Shown: positions 39,501 to 51,688 of the stretch, piece after piece
Layout of the letters: the number at the start of each line of letters is the position of its first letter
Position numbering within the stretch: position 1 is the first letter of the stretch
Assembly (NCBI RefSeq): GCF_902459465.1
Contig: NC_047074.1
Span: forward strand, 1,488,001-1,552,000
Length of the DNA stretch: 64,000 bases
Direction: 5' to 3'
Source: Asterias rubens
Taxonomy: Eukaryota
Position numbers and translations under genes: made by a program
The notes under the pieces: generated by a model
What the model was told of the DNA's origin: nothing
The model's database searches: none
The model's input: only the letters and a program-made list of their open reading frames with translations

Positions 39501-42500
39501 AAAAAAAGTGTGGAAACTTTCCAGAATTGTTCTAATATTGTGAGTTTTTTTTTCAATTGTTTCCATAAATACCTACCTTTCCCATGTATGCAGCGTACGA
39601 TGCAGAGTCTGCAAACACAACAGTTTGACTAACTCTGGGACTTCTCTCGTTGGAATTCTTCCTACTGTGGGAGCGTTCTGCTCAGAAGAAAATAGAACAA
39701 AATTAATCCAGAACAGGCAAGTAATATGTCTTCTTAAGTCTTAAGAATGCCATGCTTGTGCTTTTTTAAGTCCAGAAACTAAAACTAGCTGTTGCCAACT
39801 AAAAAGCAATGTATTCGAAAAATAGTTAATAGCCTAATGTTTTGACCCTGGCAGAGTCTTTCATGAAGGCTCAGAGAAAGACTCTGCTTGAGCCTAAATG
39901 TGTAGTTATTGTAATACGTTTCCTAATGCGCTAAGGTATTAAACAAACTTTTCAGTTTACATTTTCCAGTTGCATTAACACCAAATAATCAATATTGTTT
40001 ATCCCCAAACCTCTTTTGATCTTATATGACGATGACGTGCTTGCAGTCGTCTTTGGAATTTGATGGTAGGAATACTGCTCAAACTCCATGGACTCTGCCA
40101 AGTAGGGTGTCATGTGACCAGGCGTCACATGACCTGGTGTCACATGGCCTGGAGTGACATACCCTGGTGTCACATGACCAGGTGTCACATGACCGGGTGT
40201 CACATGACCGGGTGTCACATGACCGGGTGTCACATGACCAGGTGTCACATGACCGGGTGTCCCATAACCAGGTGTCACATGACCAGGTGTCACATGACCA
40301 GGCGTCCCATGACCAGGCGTCCCATGACCAGGGGTTCTATAACCAGGGGTCACATGGACGGGGGTCACCTGACCCGGTGTCCTTCGGCCTGATGTCACGT
40401 GACCAGGTGTGGTGTTGCCGGGAGAAGGCGTGTTATGTGGTGTGGCATACATTGCGCCGAAAACCACATTCTGGTCCATTGGTGCCATGGTGTCCAAAAC
40501 GATCCCGTGAGGGAGCCCTCCAGCGTTCTTGATGAAAGCTGCGTTGGTGCTCGACAGGCCTCCTTGAGACATGATCCCCTGCGGGAATACGCCGTTGGTG
40601 ACGGACACATCGGAAGAGCCACCTGCGAAGGACCAGTTAACTCCTGTTGAGGGAACAGACTGTGGGAGGTTTGAATATGGCTCGCTGACTTGCACGTCTG
40701 GGTTCCCTTGCATTGCCCCATCCCTCCAGAATGTCTCATTGCTGCCGACGCCAGCTGCGGGTTGAGCTTCAGATGGAAGATTCCAATTATAGCCTACCTC
40801 TTGTTGCTTAGCACTTTGCTGCTGTTGTTGTTGTAACTGAGCTGCTAGCATGTAGATGGCGTCGTTTATATCTACCCCAGAATTCAAACACTGTTGGTTC
40901 TTGACCATTGTTGGACTCGGAGGTTCCTGCTTCAATGGTTGTGATGTGTGATAAACCTGCAAAATAATTTACAATTCAAATATAAGAATCTACGAACATC
41001 TTCAATTAATGAAGGCTCCCCTCTATATCTCAGAACTACTTAAAGTTTACACGTCAAGGAATCTTCAATCCAGACCATGCTTCTCCTCAATGAACTTGAG
41101 TCTCGACACTCCTGGGGTGACAGGCCTTTTTCTTTAGCCACGCCATGCATCTGGAACTCTCTAACACTTTATTAGATCTTGTCTTTGTACCACCAATTTC
41201 AAATCTCTTCTCAAAACTTATCTTATGTCAAAGGTTTTTAAGAACTAATTTTGTTTGGTAACCAATAGACTAACTAACTTTAGGGGGCACCTTGCTCACG
41301 TTAAGGCACATCCCACTTGAGTCAAGATAACTTGACTATTATTATTGTCAGTTTTTATGGAATATATTTTGGTCAGACTTACAGTTGACCCAGTTGTCAT
41401 TGCGGACACTTCATACATTGCAGATGAATCCACTTGCATTGCGGTGACTCCAGGCCCCGACGCCACTGCCTCGAATATGGGCGGCATCTGCCCGTAGCTG
41501 CTGGACGTTGTAGAGGGGTAGTTACTGGTCTTGGTTTGATTGGAGCTTCCTTGGTAGCTGACTTGAGGCCAGTGTTGGGTCGACGACGACGTCAAGGTGG
41601 GGAAGGAAAGACTTCGGGAGGCAGTGGCAGGGTTCGGGGCGCCCGTGACAAAATAGGGACAGGTCGATGGATTAGAAGACACTGGCCTTTCCTCGTTGAC
41701 GGTCTGAGAAAAAGGTATATTATAATAATATATTTGATATATATAGCACCTAATATAAAAATATCTCTCAGCGCTTTACAAAAAATATCAAATAAATAAC
41801 ATTTGAAAGATATCCAATGGTCAGATAGTAGGAGGGTTAAAGTAGTCACCCCATAGTTTACATCTCTTTGTTAAGCAAAGTGCGAACTTGACGACTGCAA
41901 CTTACCGTGAAAGTTCCAAGGGACATAGAGTCGTTGAAGGCACTCATACTGTTGTCTGAGTTTATAATACTATCTGGAAACTCTATCAGACTACGCAAGT
42001 CAAACTTGGTTGGGGTTTTACTGAGAGTGTCTGAGATAAAAGGAAAACAAGTTGTTACATTTCACTTAAAGGCAGTGGACACTTTTGGTAATTCCTCAAA
42101 ATAATTATTAGCATAAAACCCTACTTGCTAACGAGTAATGGGTAAAACATTGTGAGCAACAACTTTCTCTGAGTTTTCGAGACAGAAGTAACTTTCCATG
42201 AATTTGATTTTGAGACCTCAGATTTAGAATTTGAGGTCTCGAAATCAAGCATCTGAAAGCATACAACTTCGTGTGACAAGGGTGTTTTTTCTTTCATTAT
42301 TATCCCACAACTTCGATCACCAATTGAGCTCAAATTTTCACAGGTTTGTTATTTTATGCATATTTTGAGATAGAGACTGGTCTTTGACAATTACCAATAG
42401 TGTCCAGTGTCTTTAATTAGTACAGGCATGGAAGTCAGGAGTTCTATTTAAATGCTTAGAAAACTAAACTTAGATGCACAACTCGTCATTAACAGACCTA

Positions 42501-45500
42501 ATTTACATGAAAACAAGCTTTAAAGTTCCTGCTTTTTTTTTTACCTTGAATTGAGTCCAAAGTGTCCATAAAATCGTCGTCAAAGTCTGGCTCCAACTGC
42601 ATCAATCCGGGTTGGATGACGTCGGCATTGTATACATGACGAGCTGCTCAAAAAGAAAGAAAAATATCAGAAAAATAGCACTCACACCTATGGCATCTAA
42701 AGCCCCATCACACCAAACTTGTTCTCACTACGTACTGAAAAACATTGTAGCTGAACAGGCTTAAACTATGCAAACAGCTCGAACGGGTTTGATCGGAAAT
42801 GGGGCTCCAGAATCTTGGGCCTGCTAAAAAATTGTAATAATAATAATAATAATAACCGTATTTATAACGCGCCTTTTGCCAAAGGATACAAAGCGCCAGG
42901 TATTACTACTGCAAGGAGTGGGCGAATTTTTGAGATATAAGACCTAATCCTTAAGCACCATGTAATGGCTTACAAGGTGCTGTGGCGCACTATGCTGCCA
43001 ATCCAGCAAGGAACACCGGGGCGAACCCCTTCTCTTTTTGAAAAGTGCACTGGGTCCTTTACATGCGTTTAAACAACACATGGGACCAAGGGCTTTAAGT
43101 CCCATCCGAAGGACAAAGCAATGGTTATGTGTCTTGCTTAAGGACACAAGTGTCACGGCTGGGGAATCGAACCCACACTCTGCTGATCAGAAACACCAGA
43201 GTTTGACTTCGGTGCTCTTAACCGCTCGGCCACGAAACTCCCAGATCATTCCCTCCTGCAATCAGACGGAGTGGCAACATACTTTAAACTGGAAGGACGT
43301 ACTCTGAGCGAAATTGACGTACTTGGGTCACGTTATAGACATAGTCCGGCAAAGCTATAAATTCTGGCCAGGCCCAAACGTTCGGACATTTTGAGAACTA
43401 GTTTGGTGTGACCTAGCCTTGCCAACTGTTTTTTTTAAGACTCAACACAATTCTGTTTCACTCACTGATTTTCTTGGGGTGTGGAACAGAGAAATGTTTC
43501 TTCTTGCTGATGAAGAGAGTGTCAGAGAAATCCTTTAGGGTGTCCTCGTTGGCTAGGGTGCAGGCAGACATTGGGGACAACGGAGGGTGTGACATATTCA
43601 AGTCTATCGCATTCTCTTCTGCATTGTCTACTGGCGGTGAACTTGAAGCTACGGGCGGCTTAAACGAACAATGAAAAAGGTGGAATACTTTTAACCCTCA
43701 GAGTGCTTACTTAAAGGCAAATTATACCTCTGTTTTGAGGGGAACTGTTGATTGTTTTAATTCACTTTAAATGTAATTGTAATTAAACAAACCTGTGATA
43801 TTTCATTTGAAGAGGTGGTAGCATTTTTTGAGATATTGGTGAAAATCTCAAGCAGTTATGTCCAAACAGTAATAGTACAAACTTTGCTTTTACCATTTCC
43901 TGCTTAGCAGGGATAAGCAGGACACCAGCCACAAATTGTACATGTTATGTGTTAGATTGGCTGGTAACCTTATTCTGGTAAGCATAATGTTATTGTGCTT
44001 AGCTGCAGTTGAGCATAATAGCCGCTATGAAATCAAGCCCTGTTGTCAAGTGGGGATTTCTGTAAAGGATACTGTTGCTGTGCTCAAGCAGTTATAAGAA
44101 GTTGGGCCCTGGACTAAGGCTAACCTTTATTGTTGTTGTTGTTGATAAATCCAGGTGATAGAGGCGCCATTTTCTGTAGTCTCTGAGGACGGAACCAACT
44201 TGTGATTGGTTGTACTGTATGCTGCCAGTCGTTCCACGTCCACTCTGAATTGCGTCAGCCTTTTGAAAGAACAAAATAATGACTCAAACTTATTCTCTTA
44301 AATTTCACTCACTGGCTTTAGTGAGTTTCATTCACTGGCTTAGCGAGTCTTACTCACCAGCTTAGCAAGTTTTCCTCACTGGCTTAAGAGCTTCACTCAA
44401 TAGCTTAGAGGTTCCACTCACCAGCTTAGCGAGTGTTACTCACCAGGTAAGCGAGGTTTACTCACTGGCTTAACAAGTTTCCCTCAAGTTTTATTTACCA
44501 ACTTTGCAAGTTTTTTGCATTGACTTAGCCACTAACCAGCTGAGGGGGATTTCACTCAACAGCTTAGAGAGATTCATTCACTGGCTTAGCGAGCTTCATT
44601 CACCAGCTTAGCGAGTTTCACTCACCAGCTAGGCGAGTTTCACTCACCAGCTGAGCGAATATCACTCATGGGAAATGACAGAAGCTGAAAAGAATGTACT
44701 TACCTGAAGGGTGGGGCGCCGTGTTTCCGGAAGCTGGGGATCAAAATGGCAGCCAATGGGCTTCTTGTTCTTCACGACTTAAAAAAAAAATTTGAGTATC
44801 AAGAGTTAAAATATCATATTGGGTATTATTATTTAAAAGCAACCCTTCAAACAAGTATCAAAGGAACTTAAAACTATTACTACCCCAAAAATATGGGGCA
44901 CTGCTTCAAGTCACATTTGTGGGCTTAACTATTCCAATGTGGGCTTAACTACACGTATATGGGCAAAACTATTCCAGAAACCTAAGCACTAAGCAGTATT
45001 TACTGCATCGGCTTTATGAAATTGATTTACTTAAGCTGTTATTGTTGAGCAGAAAATACTGCTTAGCGAAAGTCATTGGGGGCACAAGTTGCAAAAAATG
45101 TATGTTAACTTTATGGAATTTTTGCTGATAACGTACATGAGCTAACAAGAACAAGTTGTGATGCTTACAAGCTTTACAAAATTTACATTTGACAACCCCA
45201 AATCAGGGACTTACATTGGATATGCCAGCTCCTCCAGATGGCACTGTTGATGCGTAGTTTGTCCGCCCATGACCAGCGAGGTTGGGACAGAAGTCTGGGT
45301 TTGGGATACTTCAGATGGATTCCTTTTCCTTCATGTCTGTTTTAAAAAAAACATTAATATAAAAATTCAAGATCAATCTTAATTCTTTGCCAAATGGGTG
45401 GAGAGAAGCAATTATGGATTAAGTAACTTGTAAAGTTTCTTGCTCAGGTCATGGACACTGTCACGACCGGTGTCGCATGCAATTATGTCCTCTTTGCAAT

Positions 45501-47785
45501 ACTATCCGGAGGACATTATTGCATGTCGCCGGACAGTTTTGCATTATGCAATCGTGTCCACCCGTACGCTGCTGCAAAATGCAATTGAGTCCGCCCGGAC
45601 ACATTTGCATATATACATGTATGCAGTTGTGTCCGCCCCCGAGCAAAACCATCCTTGCAGTAAATAAAACGCCCTTAGTCGACGAAAAACATTCGTCTTT
45701 TTACAACCCAAGTGCATGTCATGAATGACAAGAGAAATTTTCGGCCGTTGGGTATTCGCTGCAATCATAAAATACGTGAATATTCTCCATTTAAAATACG
45801 TAGGTTCAGTGCATGCACGCTTGCTTACGCGCACACAACATACGTGTACAGTCATGTACATGTCCACCGGACGGTATTTGCATAGCCCCGGACACGATTG
45901 CATATGCAAAAGTGTCCGGAGCGGACAGTATTGCATGGCGGACACATTGCATCTGACATCGGGACTCGACACAACAACAAAATTTCAATTTTTTCTTTTG
46001 ACAAAAAGACCTTACATTAAAAATAACATAAACTTTTCAAATCAATTCAATCGGTACAGGTTATTAATATTATTCTCAACTAAAATTACTAATTTATACA
46101 ACGTTTTCATCAACTACCAGCTGCCACTCACTAAACATGCTAAACTTAGTCAGAGCAGAGAGATCTTGCATTATTATATTGATTATACATTTATTAATTA
46201 TTTCGTGGGAGGTCCTGTTTTTCGAGGTGTCCCTAAAATCGTGGCAAATCTTTTACCTCTCCGTGCACGATGTAAAACAGTCCCTAGATAACAAATTTGT
46301 GGTTTTATTTGCCAAGCAAAGAGTCTCCTCTCCCTTGACCAAAACTTAGAAACACGTAAGGCTCCACTGGTTATTTGCAGTTGTAAATGCAAAAAGATTT
46401 GGTATTTTAGGCATTTCTACAAGGTACAAAAAATGTCATAATGTTGAGGCCATATAAAAACATTTGCCCACCGACAAAGTTTCATCAAACACTATTTCAA
46501 TTCACAATTCATGATTCATCAAATCATGTGACTGAATATTTTGCTGAGCATTCTGGAAAAAAAAATACAGAGGCCTAAAGAAGCCATGCGCCTTATATAA
46601 TTTTCTAATATTTTTGGAGATTTTTTTTTAACCCTCATATCAATATTAATATTAATTTTAAAATTTAAACATCAGCTTGTTGATTCAATTATCACTGTTT
46701 ATTTATACGCTTTATTATAAATATTAATATGACAAAATTATTAAACATTTAGATTTGAAAGCCAGTATTTATTCATACTTTTTATTATTATTATTATTAT
46801 TATTTTTTTTTTTGCAAGTTATCATGGTAATTTTTAAAATTTAATAAAAAAATATTGTGAACAAAATGAAGGTACAACTGCTGGCTATATAGAGTCATAC
46901 ACAGAGTTACAAAGAACACTAGTAGTAGTCACTGCAGATGTTTCTTTCATGTATGGCTTCACCGGGAAACCATACTTTCTCGTTTGCCGTGAAAACAGGA
47001 AAAACTCAAAACAAATGGGGCCAGTTGATTTTTACCTCCATGGTTGAAGTCATCGAAGGTGTGTGGTGTGAACATCTCAATGTCCATCGATCAAGTTTTA
47101 ACGTATGTTTGCATACTTCATAATAAACAAATGAAGATAATTAGGGCACCGGTTGATATATGGCATCATTATTTTTTTCCCAATTCAAAGAAAAAGGCAT
47201 AATTAATACCGTGAAAACTGGTAAGAGGAGGGTATATTTTATGAATATGATTATGTGTGACTAGACTTAGGCCGTGTCCGAATTGGCGACTTCGGCTACA
47301 GCTATGGCTAGGGCGCGCGCGTCTGCTATTCTTCAACACTGACAGACGCGCTGATCTAGCCGTAGCTGTAGCCAAAGTCGCCAATTCGGACACGGACTTG
47401 GTGTTATTAGTTAGAGTCCTAGACTAGAGTATTGCAAAACATGTTGAATAAAACAATTTTAAAACAATGTCATTATTTCAAATTTGACCTCTTACCCATT
47501 TTGCCCGAGAGCAAGTGTCATACAATCAAACAGGTCGATGATGGATTCCTGGCTATTCGCCCGAGACGTCATCTGCGAACCAGGCCGTGAAGAGGCTCTG
47601 GAGCCCGGCAGGGAGTTCGAGGCCGACCGCGGTCGGGACGATATTGAGTCCGTAACCGGATGTTTCGCCGTGGACGATTTCGAATCACTCCCATTTTCAC
47701 CCCCAATAGAATACTTCGTCGGGACTGAATCGGAACGATCTGATCTCGTCATCTTTATAATTGCATCTCCGTCCCGACGAGTCAT
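33594..47785 (-). CDS. MLXIP: Mondo/ChREBP-family (MLXIP-like) bHLH-ZIP transcription factor, divergent, 18 coding exons, 1077 aa
   Basis: Exons: 47496-47785, 45215-45336, 44704-44777, 44125-44259, 43466-43658, 42545-42643, 41906-42030, 41383-41703, 40011-40956, 39577-39677, 39052-39145, 36930-36976, 36421-36474, 35859-36009, 35438-35537, 34767-34890, 33978-34107, 33594-33721. Phases are consistent (3234 nt). Mondo motifs: DLFDCMTLA (MCR2), WADKLRINSAIWRSWHIQ (MCR3), RDYRKWRLY (MCR4), DFSDTLF (MCR6), NADVIQPGLMQLEP (MCR5), bHLH HLQSEHKRRFNI, and NWRFWIFSLIVRPLFDTY. The symbol is family-level; orthology is untested. Confidence 0.88.
34108..34766 (-). other. U12-type GT-AG intron in the Mondo-like gene
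   Basis: Donor is TGGATT|GTATCCTTT. Branch-like TTTCCTTTAC at 34125-34134 lies 17 nt from the AG. The join NWRFWI|FSLIVRPLF is in frame. Confidence 0.85.
34955..35354. mobile_element. Family A Kolobok-like MITE (Mondo intron)
   Basis: Ends GTGTCCACTGCCT|TTAA, with the same internal sequence. Confidence 0.8.
36990..37270. repeat. Degenerate purine-rich ~25-bp repeat
   Basis: Units like ggtcacagatgggggtggggaatag. Confidence 0.75.
40105..40419 (-). repeat. Coding 15-bp minisatellite, 21 units, encoding (GHVTP)n
   Basis: Consensus GGTCATGTGACACCT/C lies inside Mondo exon 40011-40956. There are 21 pentapeptide units from GNTTP to GHMTP. Confidence 0.97.
42070..42412. mobile_element. Family A Kolobok-like MITE, 40 nt from a Mondo acceptor
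   Basis: TTAA|AGGCAGTGGACAC...GTGTCCAGTGTCT|TTAA. Confidence 0.85.
42835..43235 (-). mobile_element. tRNA-derived SINE (other copies about 3971-4343, 62850-63200, fragment 25380-25540)
   Basis: The minus strand has A box TGGCCGAGCGG and B box GGTTCGATTCC, and a tail gcgttataaata...(TTA)n. Confidence 0.8.
44305..44670. repeat. 21-22 bp minisatellite in Mondo intron 3
   Basis: Degenerate tandem unit cactcaccagcttagcgagttt, about 16 copies. Confidence 0.9.
45459..45971. mobile_element. TGT...ACA TIR element with internal GGAC sub-repeats
   Basis: Imperfect TIR of about 35 bp and inverted subterminal repeat blocks; TSD not clear. Confidence 0.45.
47270..47397. mobile_element. PIF/Harbinger-like palindromic MITE (Mondo intron 1)
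   Basis: TTA|GGCCGTGTCCGAATTGGCGAC...GTCGCCAATTCGGACACGGAC. Confidence 0.7.
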
Positions 47786-47859
47786 GTTGTGTTGACGTGC
47801 TTGGTGGGAATTTTGTCAAAACTTGCCGGCATGTTTTCGGGACATTATTAACAGATTTC

Positions 47860-48010
47860 GTCCGCCATACTCATGTAACGACGACGGTGCCAACTTGTAC
47901 CTGTCACACGAGAGGGCGCGCGCGCGCCACTTCACACTCGTCCCCAGCGCCTTGCATGTAGACTGCCTGGCCGCTGGGCCACCACAATTGATCTCCAATG
48001 AGGGCGCTAT
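47860..48010 (-). promoter_or_regulatory. Proximal promoter of the Mondo-like gene
   Basis: GC-rich segment with CCGCCAT (YY1-like), AGAGGGCGC at 47911-47919 and a GCGCGCGC run. Confidence 0.5.
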
Positions 48011-49022
48011 GCTGGTTTAACGGTGGTATTTTGTTTTCAGGTGAAAAATTTACGGTTGTGTTAAATACCGCCCTCTTACGTGTGGACAACTGCTGCTTTA
48101 TGAATTATGTAGCATTTTAAGACGGTACAAACATTAGAAGTTCGTTGAGAGGATCAGTCGGCCGTCACATGGCAAAACAATGCAACTCGAAAATGAGCAT
48201 TTTAAGAAAAAGTGCTTCAAAGATTCATCGTCTGCCATTTTTTAATGTATTTCTCTATTCAACTAAAACTGTTACAGAATATTTGTGAGTTGTTGACATA
48301 TCAGCCAGAAAAAAATCGTTTGAAAAGAACAAATGGTTTTGTTGTTATTAATATTAATTAAGCGAAGTTACATTGTTTTACCAAACAAATTGTCTAATTT
48401 GCCACTTTTGTTATTTCATTGACAATAATGCAACTTATGTTACTAATATTAAATAATGTATTTTTATGGCAAAACAATGCATCAAACATTAATTTAAAAA
48501 TCATTAGTAATGTTCTTCCCGAAATTTCATGGCAAAACAAAGTATCTTATCTTACTTCCCATAAATTGTCCGCTTTCCCAAAATATTTCCTACCAAAACA
48601 ATGTAAACGATTTTAAAGGTTTAACACAAACGTCAATTTATGGCAGAACAACGTATCTAATTGTACGATCCTATTAAACTGTGTAAAACAATTTATTTTA
48701 AACAATTGTATCACAAGTATTTATCAACCAAAAACGTTGATTGTCAAAATATGAATATCCCTTTTAGGAAGAAACATGCGGCGAAGAAGTAATTTTCGAT
48801 TGATTCAAATGTAATTTTTGTTTATTATGACTTTACAAATTTGGTCAACATTATTCACATTTATGAACTTTATCGAACAACAACACATCAATAAATACAA
48901 CTCAACTTCCAATATGTAAGTATGAAAACATCACTAAGGCAGTTTTGATCTCATTAATCAACCGAAACAAGAAATCTTGTTTTCGAACTGGTTTGAATCT
49001 ACTATTTTTTTTTTTTTTTTTG

Positions 49023-51657
49023 TTTAGCTGTTCCGACCTACCGTCGGAACAGGTGTTGTTTTCGTCGAGATTTTTATTATTTTTATTATTATTATTATTC
49101 TTTGTTTCTGCCTAAAACCCCATAGCGTTTGTACAGCGTTTTTGTTCAGGCCCCTACTCCTAAAGTATGAGGATAAAATAGTTAAATCATATATCAAATT
49201 GAAGCTTAGAACATAAGCTTTACTCTAACAAAAAAGTGTTAAAATTCTTAATTAATTAACCACGTGGTCTTCATTTGAATTTTTAATTTGTAAACTTGAT
49301 GCAGTCACTTTCATGTTATTGTGAAACATTCTCTTTGGTAATACAACACAGTATGTACCTCAATGAGTTGTTGACTTCTTGAGAGGAGTCTATACTATTT
49401 TGTTTCCTACCCGCGTTCTGGACACATTACTCTGTACACGCACAAAGTACGGAGGTTTGGGATTTTCGTTAGAACGTGCGTTAAATTTGTCCTTGTTTTT
49501 CTAACCGCGTTCTGGACCAATTACTCTGTGCATGGGTTTTCGTTAAAACGAACGTGCGTAATTAGATAGGGGTTTTTGACGACATCGACGTCGTCGTCAA
49601 AAACCCCCTTAAGGCATCTAATACTACATTTCAACCCTACTTAATAGTTATAGGCGTTAGCAGTTCATATTTAGTGACAATGGTAGCAAAATCATGAAAC
49701 GAGAATTATTTCGCCGGATCATAATCCCCTCTGTTGATGCACATAATGTAAAAACCCACCATTTTTACATCGTGCCCTTCTAGCCTAGTGGTCATCAGTC
49801 GCGACTACACATCTGACAGTTGCGAGGTCGAATCTCCGTCCGATATCAATATTTTTTTATCCCCCAAAGCTAAAAATATATTTCTTTTTGTAATATTTAA
49901 GTTTGATTCTTATCTTTATATCGATAGTGTTGCCTTTTCTTTTTCTCAAATGTTAGCCCAACAAAACCTGTGTGCATGAATGACACGATGATGTTTAAAA
50001 ACACAGTAAGCGAAAAATGGTGACCATAAGCGCAGAGTTTAGTGGTTAAGAGTTCTGTGAAATCAACTTTTACTAGATCAAACATCAAACCACCGACCCC
50101 CCAAAAAATTAAAAATCGTAATTAATTAACCACGTGACCCATATTTGCATATTTAATTGTACAAGGGGACAAAGTTGTTGGAACTTCCTGTTGATGCTGA
50201 CATCATGAGAACATCAGCATAAGTATTGGAATTGCACTACCTATTGAACCACTTGGAGTGTTCAAGGAGTCCAACACGTCAGTCTAGAGTCCAACTCTGA
50301 TTGTAAAAATCAATTCAGGCATCATCTTCAATTTAATTTTATGCAACAAGCAAACTTATAAATTTTCTGGTTTTATTTCAAAGGGTAACATAAATGGCTG
50401 TTAGCGAACGGTTTCCAACAAAAACTTCACGGTGTACGTGCACAATACTCTTACTGGCCTCAAGCATTTACCTCTAGATAATAAATCAAGCATTCAGTTC
50501 AAAATGATAAAAGTTTGTTATTGCCACATTATTCAGCGAACCATGAATCATACACAGCTACTATTCACAAGAAAATCTATGTGTGGAGGGTAACAGACAG
50601 TACACAATGGAACCGGAGTTTAACAATGACAATACCAAAAGTGCAATCGTCAGCCCTTGAAGTTTATTATACATGGGGCTGATGGTGATCAAAAGGATAA
50701 AAGTCTGCTGTCGATACAACCGCCCACTTGTATTCAACGTACCATGAATTACGGACCATTATGCACAAAATAAAATATTCACAAGAATATCCATAAAATA
50801 GATTTCTCTGGTGTATAAACTGATGTCCCAGCCATGGGATTTTCGTGTGTTTTTGCTGGATTCCTCGCTCCCCAACCAAAGTGACTACAAAACGTCTCTA
50901 ATGGATAACAATGGTATATTTCGACATGTTTTTTCCCAGCAAGAGTTGTGGGGCCCATTTTCTCTAGTATTTATTTTAATCACACAACTAGTGTTCCCTT
51001 TTATGTTTTATTATGATGTTGGGTATTTTGTTTATCTGTTTCATTTAAATATATGGTTAAGTTTTATTTTACGCTAACTGTTTTTGTGTTTGTTCTTCCT
51101 GTAATTTTGAATTGTTTTGCCGCTACATAAGATTACACCCACTAAATAGAATTGCTTACATTGCTTTCTTCGTTAGAAAAAAAAGGGGGGGGGTCCGTAC
51201 TCGTTAAGGTTTGCTTTTTATGGGCCCCTACATGTGATTTGCATTGATTTTTTGTTTTTGTTTTCTATTATTGTACGATTGCATTTGCTTGTAATAAATT
51301 ATTTATTACCTTCTGTGTAGACTAAGCAAGTCTCGCGCGTATTTAAACTTGCGAGACCATTATGTTCCAAACCCATGACCCCAAGTTGACCTCTACTTCC
51401 GGGTCAACCAGAAGTGGCACCATATCTCAAGAACTACACAACCGATTTTCTAATTTTTTTCAGTTACAGACTCCTTGGGCGTTAGAGATTAGCCTTAGGT
51501 TACCGTGACCCCATGAAGTGGCACCGTAACTCAAGACACTGTACAGTATTTTTCAAACCTTTTTTCAGTTATAGACTCCTTGGTAATTTTAACACATAAT
51601 CAAAGCAAAAGAACACGGAACAGCTTTGTGTTTGTTCACAAACACCTAATGTCTAGT
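49023..51657 (+). mobile_element. Helentron-associated (HINE/DINE-like) element nested in the 4.5-kb element
   Basis: 5' end: poly-T, then AGCTGTTCCGAC-CTACC-GTCGGAACAG hairpin and an (ATT)n microsatellite. 3' end: inverted CGGAACAGCT, hairpin GTGTTTG-TTCA-CAAACAC and CTAGTT. Confidence 0.6.
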
Positions 51658-51688
51658 TATTTTGATTAGTGTATTGAACTTGCACCAT

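Noticed and set aside
40060-40532. Plus-strand ORFs with CHMTG and SHDQV repeats
   Set aside because: They are antisense shadows of the 15-bp repeat, which has no stop codons. The minus frame has proper splice sites and fits the Mondo model.
49775-49845. tRNA-like A and B boxes
   Set aside because: No acceptor stem or clean cloverleaf; probably a decayed SINE or tRNA fragment inside a transposon.
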